Source: a virus (taxonomy: Duplodnaviria; Caudoviricetes). Taken from it: 32,103 nt of DNA. Positions within the stretch are counted from its first letter, which is position 1, and every line of letters starts with the position of its first letter. The stretch is from IMG/VR virus record IMGVR_UViG_3300025011_000137, positions 1-32,103 of that record; one strand, given 5' to 3'. Shown in pieces: positions 1 to 9,179 of the stretch. The notes under the pieces are model-generated. The model did not search any database. It saw only the letters and a list, made by a program, of their open reading frames with translations, and was not told where the DNA came from. The position numbers were made by a program, and so were the translations under genes.

Positions 1-366
1 AGGAAAGACATACTTTACTACCTATCACACCCATATACGACTTGCGGCGATCCCGCCACAAACCAGCATGCCGCGCAGTTGATTGAGTCTGAACTAAAGC
101 TGAAATACGGAATGAGCGTAATAAACCCTATCATCCTGCCCTTAGGCGGGGACAACGAAACGGCTATGGGTAAATGCCGAATCCTGTATGAGGCCTGTGA
201 CGCGGTCATATTTTGCGATAACTGGAACAAGTCCAGCGGATGCAGGGCAGAGCATAAATGGACAGTTGAAGATCAAAAACCAAAGTACCGGTACAGAAAT
301 GGGGAACTGCTTGAGATGAATGACTACCAGGAGTATCTGGATAGTGTTTTAGATCCAAGAGATTAA
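1..366 (+). CDS. DUF4406/DUF1937-like (nucleoside deoxyribosyltransferase-like fold) phage protein, 5' truncated
   Basis: Frame 1 is open from base 1: ILYYLSHPYT...VINP...CDAVIFCDNWNKSSGCRAE, matching the family pattern. Confidence 0.7.
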   Translation, partial: RKDILYYLSHPYTTCGDPATNQHAAQLIESELKLKYGMSVINPIILPLGGDNETAMGKCRILYEACDAVIFCDNWNKSSGCRAEHKWTVEDQKPKYRYRNGELLEMNDYQEYLDSVLDPRD

Positions 367-408
367 CCACACAAAATAAAAATAATGCGCGGTAGTGAGG
401 TGGTCAGA

Positions 409-597
409 ATGCGAGGGTTTTTAATAGATGCATTAACATTTTTAGGGATATTACTGTTGGTTACTGTTGTGTGGCAAGTGATTGAAATAATAGCGTTTGG
501 AGCGATAAAACCGAATGGGATAGATACAATCATCGGCATAATCTTATCCCTTTCACTATATGGAAACTTGCGGCACTGGTTCAATTCTAAAGCGTAA
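409..597 (+). CDS. Small two-TM membrane protein
   Basis: GAGGTG RBS before ATG 409; two hydrophobic segments. Confidence 0.7.
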   Translation: MRGFLIDALTFLGILLLVTVVWQVIEIIAFGAIKPNGIDTIIGIILSLSLYGNLRHWFNSKA

Positions 598-658
598 TAT
601 GGACAGTGCCAGGGTTCAGCGCCTGAAAGAATAAAAATTAATGCGAAGGAGTGTGTAT

Positions 659-823
659 ATGAAAGTTTGTAGTTTTTGTGGGAAAACAGAAGGTAATTCA
701 AAAGTTATAATAACAAACCCAAAGGCTGATATCTGTGGAGAGTGTGTTGTTTTATGTATGGAAATTCTACTCTCCAAAATTAAAGAAGATGCTGAAATTA
801 AGTTTGAAGAAATAAAAAAGTAA
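659..823 (+). CDS. Stand-alone ClpX C4-type zinc finger protein
   Basis: AAGGAG RBS; CSFCGK...ICGECVVLCMEIL resembles the ClpX N-terminal zinc-binding domain. Confidence 0.8.
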   Translation: MKVCSFCGKTEGNSKVIITNPKADICGECVVLCMEILLSKIKEDAEIKFEEIKK

Positions 824-862
824 CCGCGCAATATCAGGAAAAGCCGCAGGAGGTGAACGGGC

Positions 863-985
863 ATGAGCAACAGCGAATACAGAATTAAAGTAAAATCCCT
901 AGAAGAGCAAGTCACAGAACTGCAAGGACTAGTCAAGCAGTATATGATGACGGTGGATAAACTGAAAGTGAGTAAAGGGGGATGA
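863..985 (+). CDS. Hypothetical 40-aa coiled-coil peptide (not in ORF track)
   Basis: GGAGGTG RBS; MSNSEYRIKVKSLEEQVTELQGLVKQYMMTVDKLKVSKGG; fills the gap in the operon. Confidence 0.6.
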   Translation: MSNSEYRIKVKSLEEQVTELQGLVKQYMMTVDKLKVSKGG

Positions 986-990
986 TAAAT

Positions 991-1089
991 ATGGATCCAA
1001 GGCTTGATGATGATCTATTTACAGCTGGTGTCCTGTTCTTGTGCTTCGCAATTGCAGGAATACTTATAATCATTCCTATACTGAAATAA
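991..1089 (+). CDS. Hypothetical 32-aa single-TM peptide (not in ORF track)
   Basis: AAGGGGG RBS; MDPRLDDDLFTAGVLFLCFAIAGILIIIPILK. Confidence 0.55.
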   Translation: MDPRLDDDLFTAGVLFLCFAIAGILIIIPILK

Positions 1090-1112
1090 AAGACTCCTGG
1101 GGGTTAAAACAT

Positions 1113-3443
1113 ATGCTTGAAATATCGTTTGGAAAGAATCGGTCAGACATCAACTGGAAACCGGAATACATGGAATGGGATGAGTTCCTGGAAAAGTACC
1201 TCAAAAAGGTACGCAGGACTAATGAATCCATGGCTGAATATGATGTCATGGCCAAGGATAGCAAGGATGCTATAAAAAATGGCAGAGCTTTTGTCGGTGG
1301 CTTCGTTAAGAGTGGACGCAGGAAGAAGGAGAATGTTGAGAATCGGTATTTGATTACTCTGGATGCCGATAACGCAGACGAGAATTTCATCTTCTCTGCG
1401 GATCTTATCCTTGGTGGCTGTTCTTATGCTATCTACTCTACCCACAGCTGCAGGCCGACAAAATTGAAATACCGCCTGGTCCTTCCCGCCAATCGTGTTA
1501 TGCTGCCAGACGAGCATGCAGCCGTAGCCCGTAAACTGGCTGGTAAAATAGGGCTATCCTATTTCGACAAAACTACCTTCGATGTACATCGGCTGATGTA
1601 TCTGCCCAGCTGCTCCCGGGATGCAACACCGGAGTTAATTATCGGTGAAGGTGAGCCTTTAGATGTTGATGCTGTACTGTCTGAGTATGCCGATTGGAAG
1701 GACTCCTCTGAATGGCCACGGCATCCGGACACTGAGAAGCACATAACAGCTGAGATTAAGAAGCTGGGTGATCCGGTGGATAAGCCCGGAGCCATCGGGG
1801 TATTCTGCAAAATTTACAACATCCAGGAGGGCATTGAGACCTTCATACCCAATGTGTATATCCCTACGTCCAGTGATGATCGATGGACCTTCGCCGGCGG
1901 CAGCTCCTTCGGAGGCCTCAGGGTTTACGATGATACATGGGCATATAGCGAGCATCAGAGCGACCCTGCCAATGACGGGCACTGTAAAAACATATTTGAT
2001 CTCATCCGTATCCATAAGTTCGGAGAACTGGACAAAGACGTCAAGGATCACACACCAACAAATAAATACCCAAGCTATGCAGCTATGCTGAACTTCGCTG
2101 CTAACGATCCGCCCGTTAAAAAGATAAGGCTGGCAGACGCTCAGGATGACTTTGAGCCAGTAGAAGATCCGGAAGATCCTGACGCATGGAGGACACTTCT
2201 CGATGTAGATTATAAGTCCGGACTGCCAAATCCTACAGCCAAAAATGCAGAGCTTATCCTCAGGAATGGGGCTTTCAAAGGTGCCTTGGCTTATGATGCT
2301 TTTGGTAATACGGAAGTAATCCGGAAGCCGCTGCCGTGGAGAGACAGAGAAAGACCGCAGCAGGAATATGAGCCCTGGCTGGGCGCTGATGATAAGCGCC
2401 TGCAGCATTACTTCGGTAAACAGTATGAATTCAAATCAGGAATAACCATCCAGAATGCTTTTGCCGAGGTTGTGCACTCCAACACCTTCCATCCTATTAA
2501 AGAGTATCTGGAATCATATATCTGGGATGGCATAGACCGGGTGGATGATCTCTTCATCACGTATCTGGGGGCAGAGGACTGTAGCTATGTACGCACAGTG
2601 ACACGCAAGATGCTTGTAGCTGCTGTAAAGAGGCTATATGAGCCAGGATGTAAGTTTGACGAGATGCTGGTGCTTATAGGCCCTCAGGGCTCCCACAAGA
2701 CCAGCTTACTCACCCGGCTGGGGGTTAATTGGTTCAGCAACAGCCTCAAGAATCTGGACAACAAAGAGGCTGGGGAGCATCTACAAAGCGCCTGGATATT
2801 TGAGCTTGGAGAACTCTCGGCGCTGAAGAAATCAGAGATGGAGGAGGTCAAGGCCTTTCTGTCAAAGACTGAGGATCGGTACCGGGTAGCATACGATAGA
2901 ACCGTGACCGATTTCCCCCGTAAATGCGTATTTTTCGGGACTACAAATAATCATAATTTCCTTCAAGATCCCACGGGTAACCGGCGCTTTTGGCCTGTGG
3001 ACATCTACCCTGAAAAACGCAAATTAAGCCACTGGGACAGCTTAAGTAATGCGGATATAGGACAGGTATGGGCGGAGGCTTTATGTCTTTATAATGCGGG
3101 GGAAAGCTTGCAGCTTGACAAGGAAGCATCAGCAGAGGCGGAGCGCATGCAGGGATTGCATATGGAAGAAGATCCACGGGAGGGGCTGATTCAAGAATGG
3201 CTTGAAGCGCCTATTGATGACCTTGTTGATGAGAGTAAAAAGGACGTATACCGTAACCGCGTATGTGCAGCACAGACATGGGCAGAGTGCCTTAATAACA
3301 AAAAAGGATCTATGCGGCCATGGGAAGCGAAAGAAATCTGTGACATCATGCGGAAAATACCAGGCTGGGTTGAGTTAAAAGGTAAAGCAAGGGTTAAGGG
3401 CTACGGGGTACAAATTGCATTCGACAGGGACAAAAAGAAATAA
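1113..3443 (+). CDS. Primase-helicase, virulence-associated E (VirE/VapE) family
   Basis: N-terminal primase-like motifs (LDAD, YSTHS, RLMYLPS); C-terminal P-loop GPQGSHKT, IFELGEL, GTTN, GNRRFWP; GGGGG RBS before ATG 1113. Confidence 0.9.
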   Translation: MLEISFGKNRSDINWKPEYMEWDEFLEKYLKKVRRTNESMAEYDVMAKDSKDAIKNGRAFVGGFVKSGRRKKENVENRYLITLDADNADENFIFSADLILGGCSYAIYSTHSCRPTKLKYRLVLPANRVMLPDEHAAVARKLAGKIGLSYFDKTTFDVHRLMYLPSCSRDATPELIIGEGEPLDVDAVLSEYADWKDSSEWPRHPDTEKHITAEIKKLGDPVDKPGAIGVFCKIYNIQEGIETFIPNVYIPTSSDDRWTFAGGSSFGGLRVYDDTWAYSEHQSDPANDGHCKNIFDLIRIHKFGELDKDVKDHTPTNKYPSYAAMLNFAANDPPVKKIRLADAQDDFEPVEDPEDPDAWRTLLDVDYKSGLPNPTAKNAELILRNGAFKGALAYDAFGNTEVIRKPLPWRDRERPQQEYEPWLGADDKRLQHYFGKQYEFKSGITIQNAFAEVVHSNTFHPIKEYLESYIWDGIDRVDDLFITYLGAEDCSYVRTVTRKMLVAAVKRLYEPGCKFDEMLVLIGPQGSHKTSLLTRLGVNWFSNSLKNLDNKEAGEHLQSAWIFELGELSALKKSEMEEVKAFLSKTEDRYRVAYDRTVTDFPRKCVFFGTTNNHNFLQDPTGNRRFWPVDIYPEKRKLSHWDSLSNADIGQVWAEALCLYNAGESLQLDKEASAEAERMQGLHMEEDPREGLIQEWLEAPIDDLVDESKKDVYRNRVCAAQTWAECLNNKKGSMRPWEAKEICDIMRKIPGWVELKGKARVKGYGVQIAFDRDKKK

Positions 3444-3444
3444 A

Positions 3445-3728
3445 AAGGTGTTGCCGTGACTGGTTTTCTTACGGCAACGCGCGGCAACACCTTTAAAGGT
3501 TAATTGTATCTAATGTTGCAGTAGCGTTGCCGTAAAAAGTCAGTTACGGCAACACCTTATACGGCTGATATTACTAGATTACAGAGGCGGTGTTGCCGTT
3601 GTTGCCGTAAAAATACTATTAAAGATAAAAAGTAAGTAAGTGATAATATATGGTAGATATAGGTAGAAATATATAACTTAAACGCATATTTCATGAGTAC
3701 GTGCGTATGAGGGCAACAACGGCAACAC
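3445..3728. repeat. Putative replication origin: GGCAAC/GTTGCC iterons in both orientations around an AT-rich tract
   Basis: Nine exact hexamers (3450, 3473, 3483, 3526, 3548, 3592, 3601, 3712, 3721); ~36-bp imperfect inverted repeat 3445-3480/3524-3558; AT-rich 3608-3695; directly after the primase-helicase. Confidence 0.8.
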
Positions 3729-3748
3729 TGAAAAATGGAGGTCAAAGC

Positions 3749-4018
3749 ATGAGGGAGATGCTGATAGAAACTAATCTGATAAAAGTGACCAAAGCGCAAG
3801 GGGGAAAATGTTGGAAATTTGTTTCCCCTGGTACGGCGGGGGTACCAGACCGTATCTGCTTATTCCCGGGAGGCCGAGTTGTATTTGTCGAGACGAAGGC
3901 AACAGGGAAGAAAGCAAGGCCCCTTCAGGAAAAGCGCCATAACGAATTACGGGCACTCGGCTTTACGGTATTAGTAATAGACTCAAAGGAGCAAATACAT
4001 GAAATTTCAGCCACATAA
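3749..4018 (+). CDS. VRR-NUC domain nuclease
   Basis: GGAGG RBS; KFVSPGTAGVPDRICL...FVETKA...RPLQ motif. Confidence 0.9.
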   Translation: MREMLIETNLIKVTKAQGGKCWKFVSPGTAGVPDRICLFPGGRVVFVETKATGKKARPLQEKRHNELRALGFTVLVIDSKEQIHEISAT

Positions 4019-5372
4019 ATATCAAGACTATGCGATACAACGAATATTAGATACCCCGACTTTAGGCCTTTTCCTTGAGATGGGCCTCGGTAAGACAGCA
4101 ATTACCCTTACAGCTATCGATGATCTGCTTTATGATCGATTCGAGGCAGCTAAGATTTTAGTAATAGCCCCCCTGAGGGTAGCAGAGGATACATGGAGCC
4201 GGGAATCCGCAAAATGGGATCATCTGAAGCACCTGCGGATATCCAAGATCCTGGGGGATAAAAAGCGCAGAGAGCAGGCACTGAAAGTAAAAGCAGATCT
4301 GTACATCATCAATCGGGAAAATGTTGAATGGCTGGTAAGTGAAACCGGCAATGACTGGCCATTTGATACAGTGATAATAGACGAGCTCTCTAGCTTCAAG
4401 TCACCGTCAGCAAAACGGTTCAGGGCGTTGCGAAGGGTAAGGCCGATGATAAGCAGGATCGTAGGTTTAACCGGTACACCTTCACCCAATGGGCTGCTGG
4501 ATCTCTGGAGCCAGATGTATTTACTGGACCAGGGCGAGAGACTGGGTAAGACGATCACCGGATACAGAGAAAGATATTTCACGGCGGGAGCTCGCAGCGG
4601 GTATGTGGTTTATGACTGGAAGCAAAAGAAGGAGTCTGAAGAGGCCGTATTCGAGAAGATTTCTGATATCTGTGTGAGTATGAAATCTGTCGATTGGCTG
4701 GCTATGCCAGAGCGTATTGATCGTGTAGTGCCGGTTAAGCTTACCGAGGATGCAAAAGCAAAATACCGGCAGCTTGAGAGGGACTTGCTTCTCCCCATGA
4801 TCGATGCGGACATTGTAGCCAATACAGCAGCAGTACTGTCCAACAAACTGCTACAAATGGCAAATGGGGCTGTTTACGATGAGAATAAAGGCGTAAGAGA
4901 GATCCATGATGCAAAGCTTGATACCCTGGAGGATGTCTTGGAAGGGGCCAATGGGCATCCGGTATTACTGTTTTACAGCTACAAACATGATCTAGATCGT
5001 ATCAGAATGCGTTTTAAGCATTGCCGGACATTGAGAAAAGGTGCTGAAGGCAGCAAGGATATCGCCGATTGGAATGCCGGAAAGATTCAGCTTCTAGCAG
5101 TCCATCCAGCATCAGCGGGGCACGGGTTAAACTTACAGGATGGCGGCAGTACGATAGTATGGTTCGGGCTTACCTGGAGTCTGGAGCTGTACCAGCAGGC
5201 AAATGCCAGATTACATAGGCAGGGGCAAAAGCATAGCGTTATCATCCATCACTTGATAGCCGAAGGGACGATTGATGAGGACGTTATGGAGGCGCTACAA
5301 GCCAAAGCAGCTGGGCAGGATGCATTAATGACAGCGGTAAAAGCAAGAATTGAGAAAGTGAGGGCTGCATAA
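3999..5372 (+). CDS. SNF2-family DEAD/DEAH helicase
   Basis: MGLGKT, IIDELS, LTGTP, GHGLNLQ, QANARLHRQGQ motifs. Confidence 0.93.
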   Translation: MKFQPHKYQDYAIQRILDTPTLGLFLEMGLGKTAITLTAIDDLLYDRFEAAKILVIAPLRVAEDTWSRESAKWDHLKHLRISKILGDKKRREQALKVKADLYIINRENVEWLVSETGNDWPFDTVIIDELSSFKSPSAKRFRALRRVRPMISRIVGLTGTPSPNGLLDLWSQMYLLDQGERLGKTITGYRERYFTAGARSGYVVYDWKQKKESEEAVFEKISDICVSMKSVDWLAMPERIDRVVPVKLTEDAKAKYRQLERDLLLPMIDADIVANTAAVLSNKLLQMANGAVYDENKGVREIHDAKLDTLEDVLEGANGHPVLLFYSYKHDLDRIRMRFKHCRTLRKGAEGSKDIADWNAGKIQLLAVHPASAGHGLNLQDGGSTIVWFGLTWSLELYQQANARLHRQGQKHSVIIHHLIAEGTIDEDVMEALQAKAAGQDALMTAVKARIEKVRAA

Positions 5373-5557
5373 TGGCAAGTAGTGAACAGATTAAAATTTG
5401 GAAAGGTCAAATTGCAATATACAAGGAGATCTATACAGGGCGGTACCCCGGTAAGCAGGCATCTGATAAATTGATCGGATCATTCTGTAAAATCAATGGC
5501 ATACCCTGGCCGCTTCCGGATGTAGCTGACGAGGATGAGTTTGATTTCTTGAAATAG
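5372..5557 (+). CDS. Hypothetical protein with acidic C-terminus
   Basis: Coupled to helicase stop (TAATG); 61 aa. Confidence 0.65.
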   Translation: MASSEQIKIWKGQIAIYKEIYTGRYPGKQASDKLIGSFCKINGIPWPLPDVADEDEFDFLK

Positions 5558-5569
5558 GGGTGATTACGG

Positions 5570-5896
5570 ATGAAAACATCGGATGAGGTTATGTATGCTT
5601 TATGGAAATCAAAGCAGTATGGATGGACACAGACGCAGATAGCGGAGCTTTTCGGCTGTGATGTAGCAACTATATGCCGACACATTGAACCACAGAGATG
5701 GCAGAAATGGGAGATTGTTATGTCTCCGTTAAAACTTAAAAAGCTGTATGAGGAATTGGGATCCGTCCGAAAAGTGGCTGATGCCTTATGGTGTAGTTAC
5801 GCAACAATAAGACGCAGGCTTCATAAATATAAGATTCCAATAAAGAAAAGAGGTAAAGAGTCATTTAGAAAAAACATGACTCTTTGTGGAAAATAG
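5570..5896 (+). CDS. Tandem double helix-turn-helix protein, candidate late transcription regulator
   Basis: Two HTH patterns (WTQTQIAELFGCDVATICRHI; SVRKVADALWCSYATIRRRL); last gene before terS, the usual position of late activators. Confidence 0.75.
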   Translation: MKTSDEVMYALWKSKQYGWTQTQIAELFGCDVATICRHIEPQRWQKWEIVMSPLKLKKLYEELGSVRKVADALWCSYATIRRRLHKYKIPIKKRGKESFRKNMTLCGK

Positions 5897-5927
5897 CGGC
5901 TTATAAGACTTTTTAAAAATATTTTTT

Positions 5928-5958
5928 AACCCATTTGCATAGATGGGTTTTATTTTTT
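5928..5958 (+). terminator. Intrinsic terminator ending the replication operon
   Basis: AACCCATTT-GCAT-AGATGGGTT stem followed by TTATTTTTT. Confidence 0.7.
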
Positions 5959-5988
5959 GCAGGTAGATTGGGTGCTTTCATGTACAAT
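5957..5988 (+). promoter_or_regulatory. Putative late promoter 1 (20-bp spacer class)
   Basis: TTGCAG-N20-TACAAT, 21 nt before the terS ATG. Confidence 0.65.
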
Positions 5989-6009
5989 TTATGCAGGAAG
6001 GTGATATTT

Positions 6010-6504
6010 ATGGCCAAACTTACAGCGAAACAGCAGAGATTTGTAGAGGAGTACCTGATTGACCTGAATGCTACACAAGCAGCAATTCGTGCTGGCTACA
6101 GTACTACTAGTGCATGCGTTATTGGGAGTGAAAACCTTGCAAAACCGAACGTGCGCGCATCCGTAGACCGGGCGCTGGCTGAGAGGTCAAGGCGTACAGG
6201 TATAAACGCGGATCGTATCCTCCGTGAATTAGCCTGTATAGGATTCGTAAATGTGGGCAAAGCGGTAAATACGAAAGATGCTACACTCAAGAATGATACA
6301 GCCGCGATTGCCTCCGTAAAAGTAAAAACAACATACACAGACGCGGGGGAGACCGTGGAGAGGGAAATTAGATTCCATGACAAGAATAAGTCCCTTGAAT
6401 TGCTCGGTAAGCACCTGAATATGTTTAAGGACAATGTTAACCTCATGGGATCTCTCGCAGTAAAAATTGTTGATGATATAGGGGCCGATGATGGAAACGA
6501 TTAG
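6010..6504 (+). CDS. terS: Terminase small subunit
   Basis: LTAKQQRFVEEYLIDLNATQAAIRAGYS...KSLELLGKHL; GGAAGGTGA RBS. Confidence 0.93.
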   Translation: MAKLTAKQQRFVEEYLIDLNATQAAIRAGYSTTSACVIGSENLAKPNVRASVDRALAERSRRTGINADRILRELACIGFVNVGKAVNTKDATLKNDTAAIASVKVKTTYTDAGETVEREIRFHDKNKSLELLGKHLNMFKDNVNLMGSLAVKIVDDIGADDGND

Positions 6505-7732
6505 GATGTCGGAGAAAGTCCTGCCTGCTTTCAGAAACTTCTGGAGGGCCTGCGATAAGTTTTTACGCAAGGTATGCAAGGGTGGACGTAATAGCTCCAA
6601 GAGCTCTCATATCAGTATAAGGATAATATATGAGCTTATGAAAAAGCCGGTTAATGCGCTGGTAATCAGAAAAGTATATAACACTGTTGAAACCAGCGTA
6701 TATGAGCAGCTTAAATGGGCGATAGAGTATCTGGGAGTGGGGGCACATTGGAAGACCAAGGAAAGCCCCTACGAGCTCACATACCTGCCAAGAGGCAATA
6801 AGATATTATTCAGAGGTGGGGATGATACTCTTAAGATAAAATCCATAAAAACGAGTAAATTTCCCATAACCATAGTCTGGATAGAAGAGGCAACGGAGTT
6901 TAAGACTGAGGAAGAGGTTGACGCTATAACAGATTCGGTACTAAGGGCAGAGCTACCAGGAGGATTGCAATACAGCATATTTTTAAGCTATAACCCTCCA
7001 AAGCGAAAGCAGCACTGGTTAAACAAGAAGTATGAGACGCAGTTTTTACCTGCTAATACCTATGTCCATCATAGCACGTATCTTGACAATCCGTACTTAT
7101 CGGAAACAGCAAAGCAGGAAGCGGAAGAGGTTAAGAAAAAGAATCTTAAAAAATATGAATGGAACTGGCTAGGTAAACCAACAGGGGCGGGCATAGTGCC
7201 ATTTGAGAATCTGGTATTCAGGAGAATCACGGATGAAGAGGTCAAGGGCTTTGACAACATAAGGCAGGGCATTGACTGGGGATATGCAGCAGATCCATTT
7301 TGTTTCCTGCGGTTGCACTATGATAAGACGCGTAGGATATTATATTTTATAGACGAGATATACGAGATTAAACTAAGTAATCGGGAAGCAGCCGATAAGA
7401 TTAAAGCGAGAAAGTACCAGGCAGATATGATAACAGCTGACAGTGCGGAGCCTAAAAGCGTTAATGAGGTCAGAGGATACGGTGTGAGAATCAAGGGAGC
7501 GAAGAAGGGCCCCGGATCTGTAGAGTTTGGTGAGAAGTGGTTGGATGACCTCGAGGAAATAGTTATAGATCCGGAGCGCACACCGAATGCAGCTAAGGAA
7601 TTTGAGGCTATAGACTACCAGGTTGATGCAGACGGCAATATCAAGAATAAGCTTGACGATAAAGATAACCACGGTATTGATGGCACGAGATACGCACTAG
7701 AGGACGATATGCGTCCAGGATGGGGATGGTAG
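6488..7732 (+). CDS. terL: Terminase large subunit, PBSX family
   Basis: Walker A GGRNSSKS, WIEEA, SYNPP, nuclease GIDWG...ADSAEPK...DNHGIDGTRYA. Confidence 0.95.
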   Translation: MMETIRMSEKVLPAFRNFWRACDKFLRKVCKGGRNSSKSSHISIRIIYELMKKPVNALVIRKVYNTVETSVYEQLKWAIEYLGVGAHWKTKESPYELTYLPRGNKILFRGGDDTLKIKSIKTSKFPITIVWIEEATEFKTEEEVDAITDSVLRAELPGGLQYSIFLSYNPPKRKQHWLNKKYETQFLPANTYVHHSTYLDNPYLSETAKQEAEEVKKKNLKKYEWNWLGKPTGAGIVPFENLVFRRITDEEVKGFDNIRQGIDWGYAADPFCFLRLHYDKTRRILYFIDEIYEIKLSNREAADKIKARKYQADMITADSAEPKSVNEVRGYGVRIKGAKKGPGSVEFGEKWLDDLEEIVIDPERTPNAAKEFEAIDYQVDADGNIKNKLDDKDNHGIDGTRYALEDDMRPGWGW

Positions 7733-7733
7733 A

Positions 7734-9179
7734 ATGTTTAAAGCACCGAAGGATATCAATGCATTTCTTAGATCAGCTATAAGCAATTTTGAGGGCTCTG
7801 ACGAATGTCAGATGATGCGTGTCGGGGATGCGTATTATGACAGTGATAACACCAAGATAATGGCGCGTAAAAAGCTTATGTACGCCAGAGATACCGGCAC
7901 TAATGCGGACTATCTCATCGAAGATCCATACAAAGCCAATAACAAGCTTGCAGCTGGGTATTACAAAATATTGGTGGATCAGAAGATACAGTATTCACTT
8001 GGTAAACCGGTTACTATCCGGGCAGGAAAGCAAGACATCCTTGATCTGCTGGGTAAAGAAGAATTCCCTAAGGCTTTGAAGAAGACCGGGAAAGCTGCAT
8101 CCAAGAAATTTATAGGATGGGCTCAACCGTATATCAGTGGGGATGAAAAATTTAAGCTCATGCACATACCGAGTGAACAGGTAATAGCGATGTACAAAAC
8201 GGATGATGCTGATGAGCTTGATTATGCTATCAGGTTTTACCCTGTTACGATTCTCAACAGCAAGGATGAAATGGTGAAGGTAATTCGCGTCGAGGTATGG
8301 GACGATATCCAGGTTACTTACTATCAGCAGGATCCGGAGAACAAAGAATATAAATTTTTGGAAGGGGTAGTTAATCCCAGGCCGCACATGATACAAAAGC
8401 TACAGTATGGCGATACAGTTACCCAGTCTGAGAATCTCTCTTGGGGTAAGGTACCCCTGATACCGTTTTATAACAATGATGAACGGGTACACGATCTAAA
8501 GCCGGTCAGAAGACACATTGATGTGTATGACATAGTGGAATCAGATTTCGCAAACAACCTGGAGGACATTCAGGACATTTACTGGGTGCTTAAAGGCTAT
8601 AACGGTACCAACCTTGATACATTCCTGAACGAGGTCCGTAAATACAAAACCCTGAAAGTGTCCGATGAGGGCGACGCACATGCCGAGAGTGTTAATATAC
8701 CGACAGAAGCGCGTACTGCTATGCTTGACCGGATAAATGATGATATCTTCCGCTTTGGCCGTGGGGTAGATACCTCTAAAACCGGGGATGGCAATATCAC
8801 CAACATAGTAATCAAGTCTCGGTTTGCTAACCTTGACCTAAAAGCTAATGAATTTGAATCTGAGTGCCGAGACTTCATTGATCGCGTTATGCGTTTCCTG
8901 AATAGGTATCTGCAGATAAACGGACAGACGCCTGTGGGGGATTATGATGTAACATTCAATAGGTCTATGATTATGAATGAGACAGAGATCCTGACAGCCA
9001 ATGCAGGGCAGCAGGGCAATGTATCCGATGAAACAAGGCTATCAAATCATCCGTGGGTGGATGATGTTGCAGAGGAGCAGGAGAGACTCGAAGCAGAAAA
9101 GCCGGATGTAGAGTTAGACGATGACGATCTGGAGGATGACATAGATGGACAAGGATCAGGAACTAACAAAGCTGGTTGA
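7734..9179 (+). CDS. Portal protein, SPP1 gp6-like
   Basis: Follows terL; NNKL...LVDQKIQY, WGKVPLIPFYNN, IDVYD, acidic tail. Confidence 0.92.
   Translation: MFKAPKDINAFLRSAISNFEGSDECQMMRVGDAYYDSDNTKIMARKKLMYARDTGTNADYLIEDPYKANNKLAAGYYKILVDQKIQYSLGKPVTIRAGKQDILDLLGKEEFPKALKKTGKAASKKFIGWAQPYISGDEKFKLMHIPSEQVIAMYKTDDADELDYAIRFYPVTILNSKDEMVKVIRVEVWDDIQVTYYQQDPENKEYKFLEGVVNPRPHMIQKLQYGDTVTQSENLSWGKVPLIPFYNNDERVHDLKPVRRHIDVYDIVESDFANNLEDIQDIYWVLKGYNGTNLDTFLNEVRKYKTLKVSDEGDAHAESVNIPTEARTAMLDRINDDIFRFGRGVDTSKTGDGNITNIVIKSRFANLDLKANEFESECRDFIDRVMRFLNRYLQINGQTPVGDYDVTFNRSMIMNETEILTANAGQQGNVSDETRLSNHPWVDDVAEEQERLEAEKPDVELDDDDLEDDIDGQGSGTNKAG

Noticed and set aside
3445-3728. CRISPR-like or transposon-end interpretation of the repeats
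   Set aside because: Repeats are short, in both orientations and irregularly spaced; no unique spacers, cas or transposase genes.
5935-5966. TTGCAT at 5935 as a sixth N20 promoter
   Set aside because: The hexamer 20 bp downstream is AGGTAG, not TAnnnT, and the site lies in the terminator loop.
5935-6009. Upstream extensions of terS, and likewise of the VirE, VRR-NUC, cI and head-closure ORFs
   Set aside because: Extensions run through terminator, promoter or origin DNA or the preceding gene; downstream starts have RBSs and family-typical N-termini.
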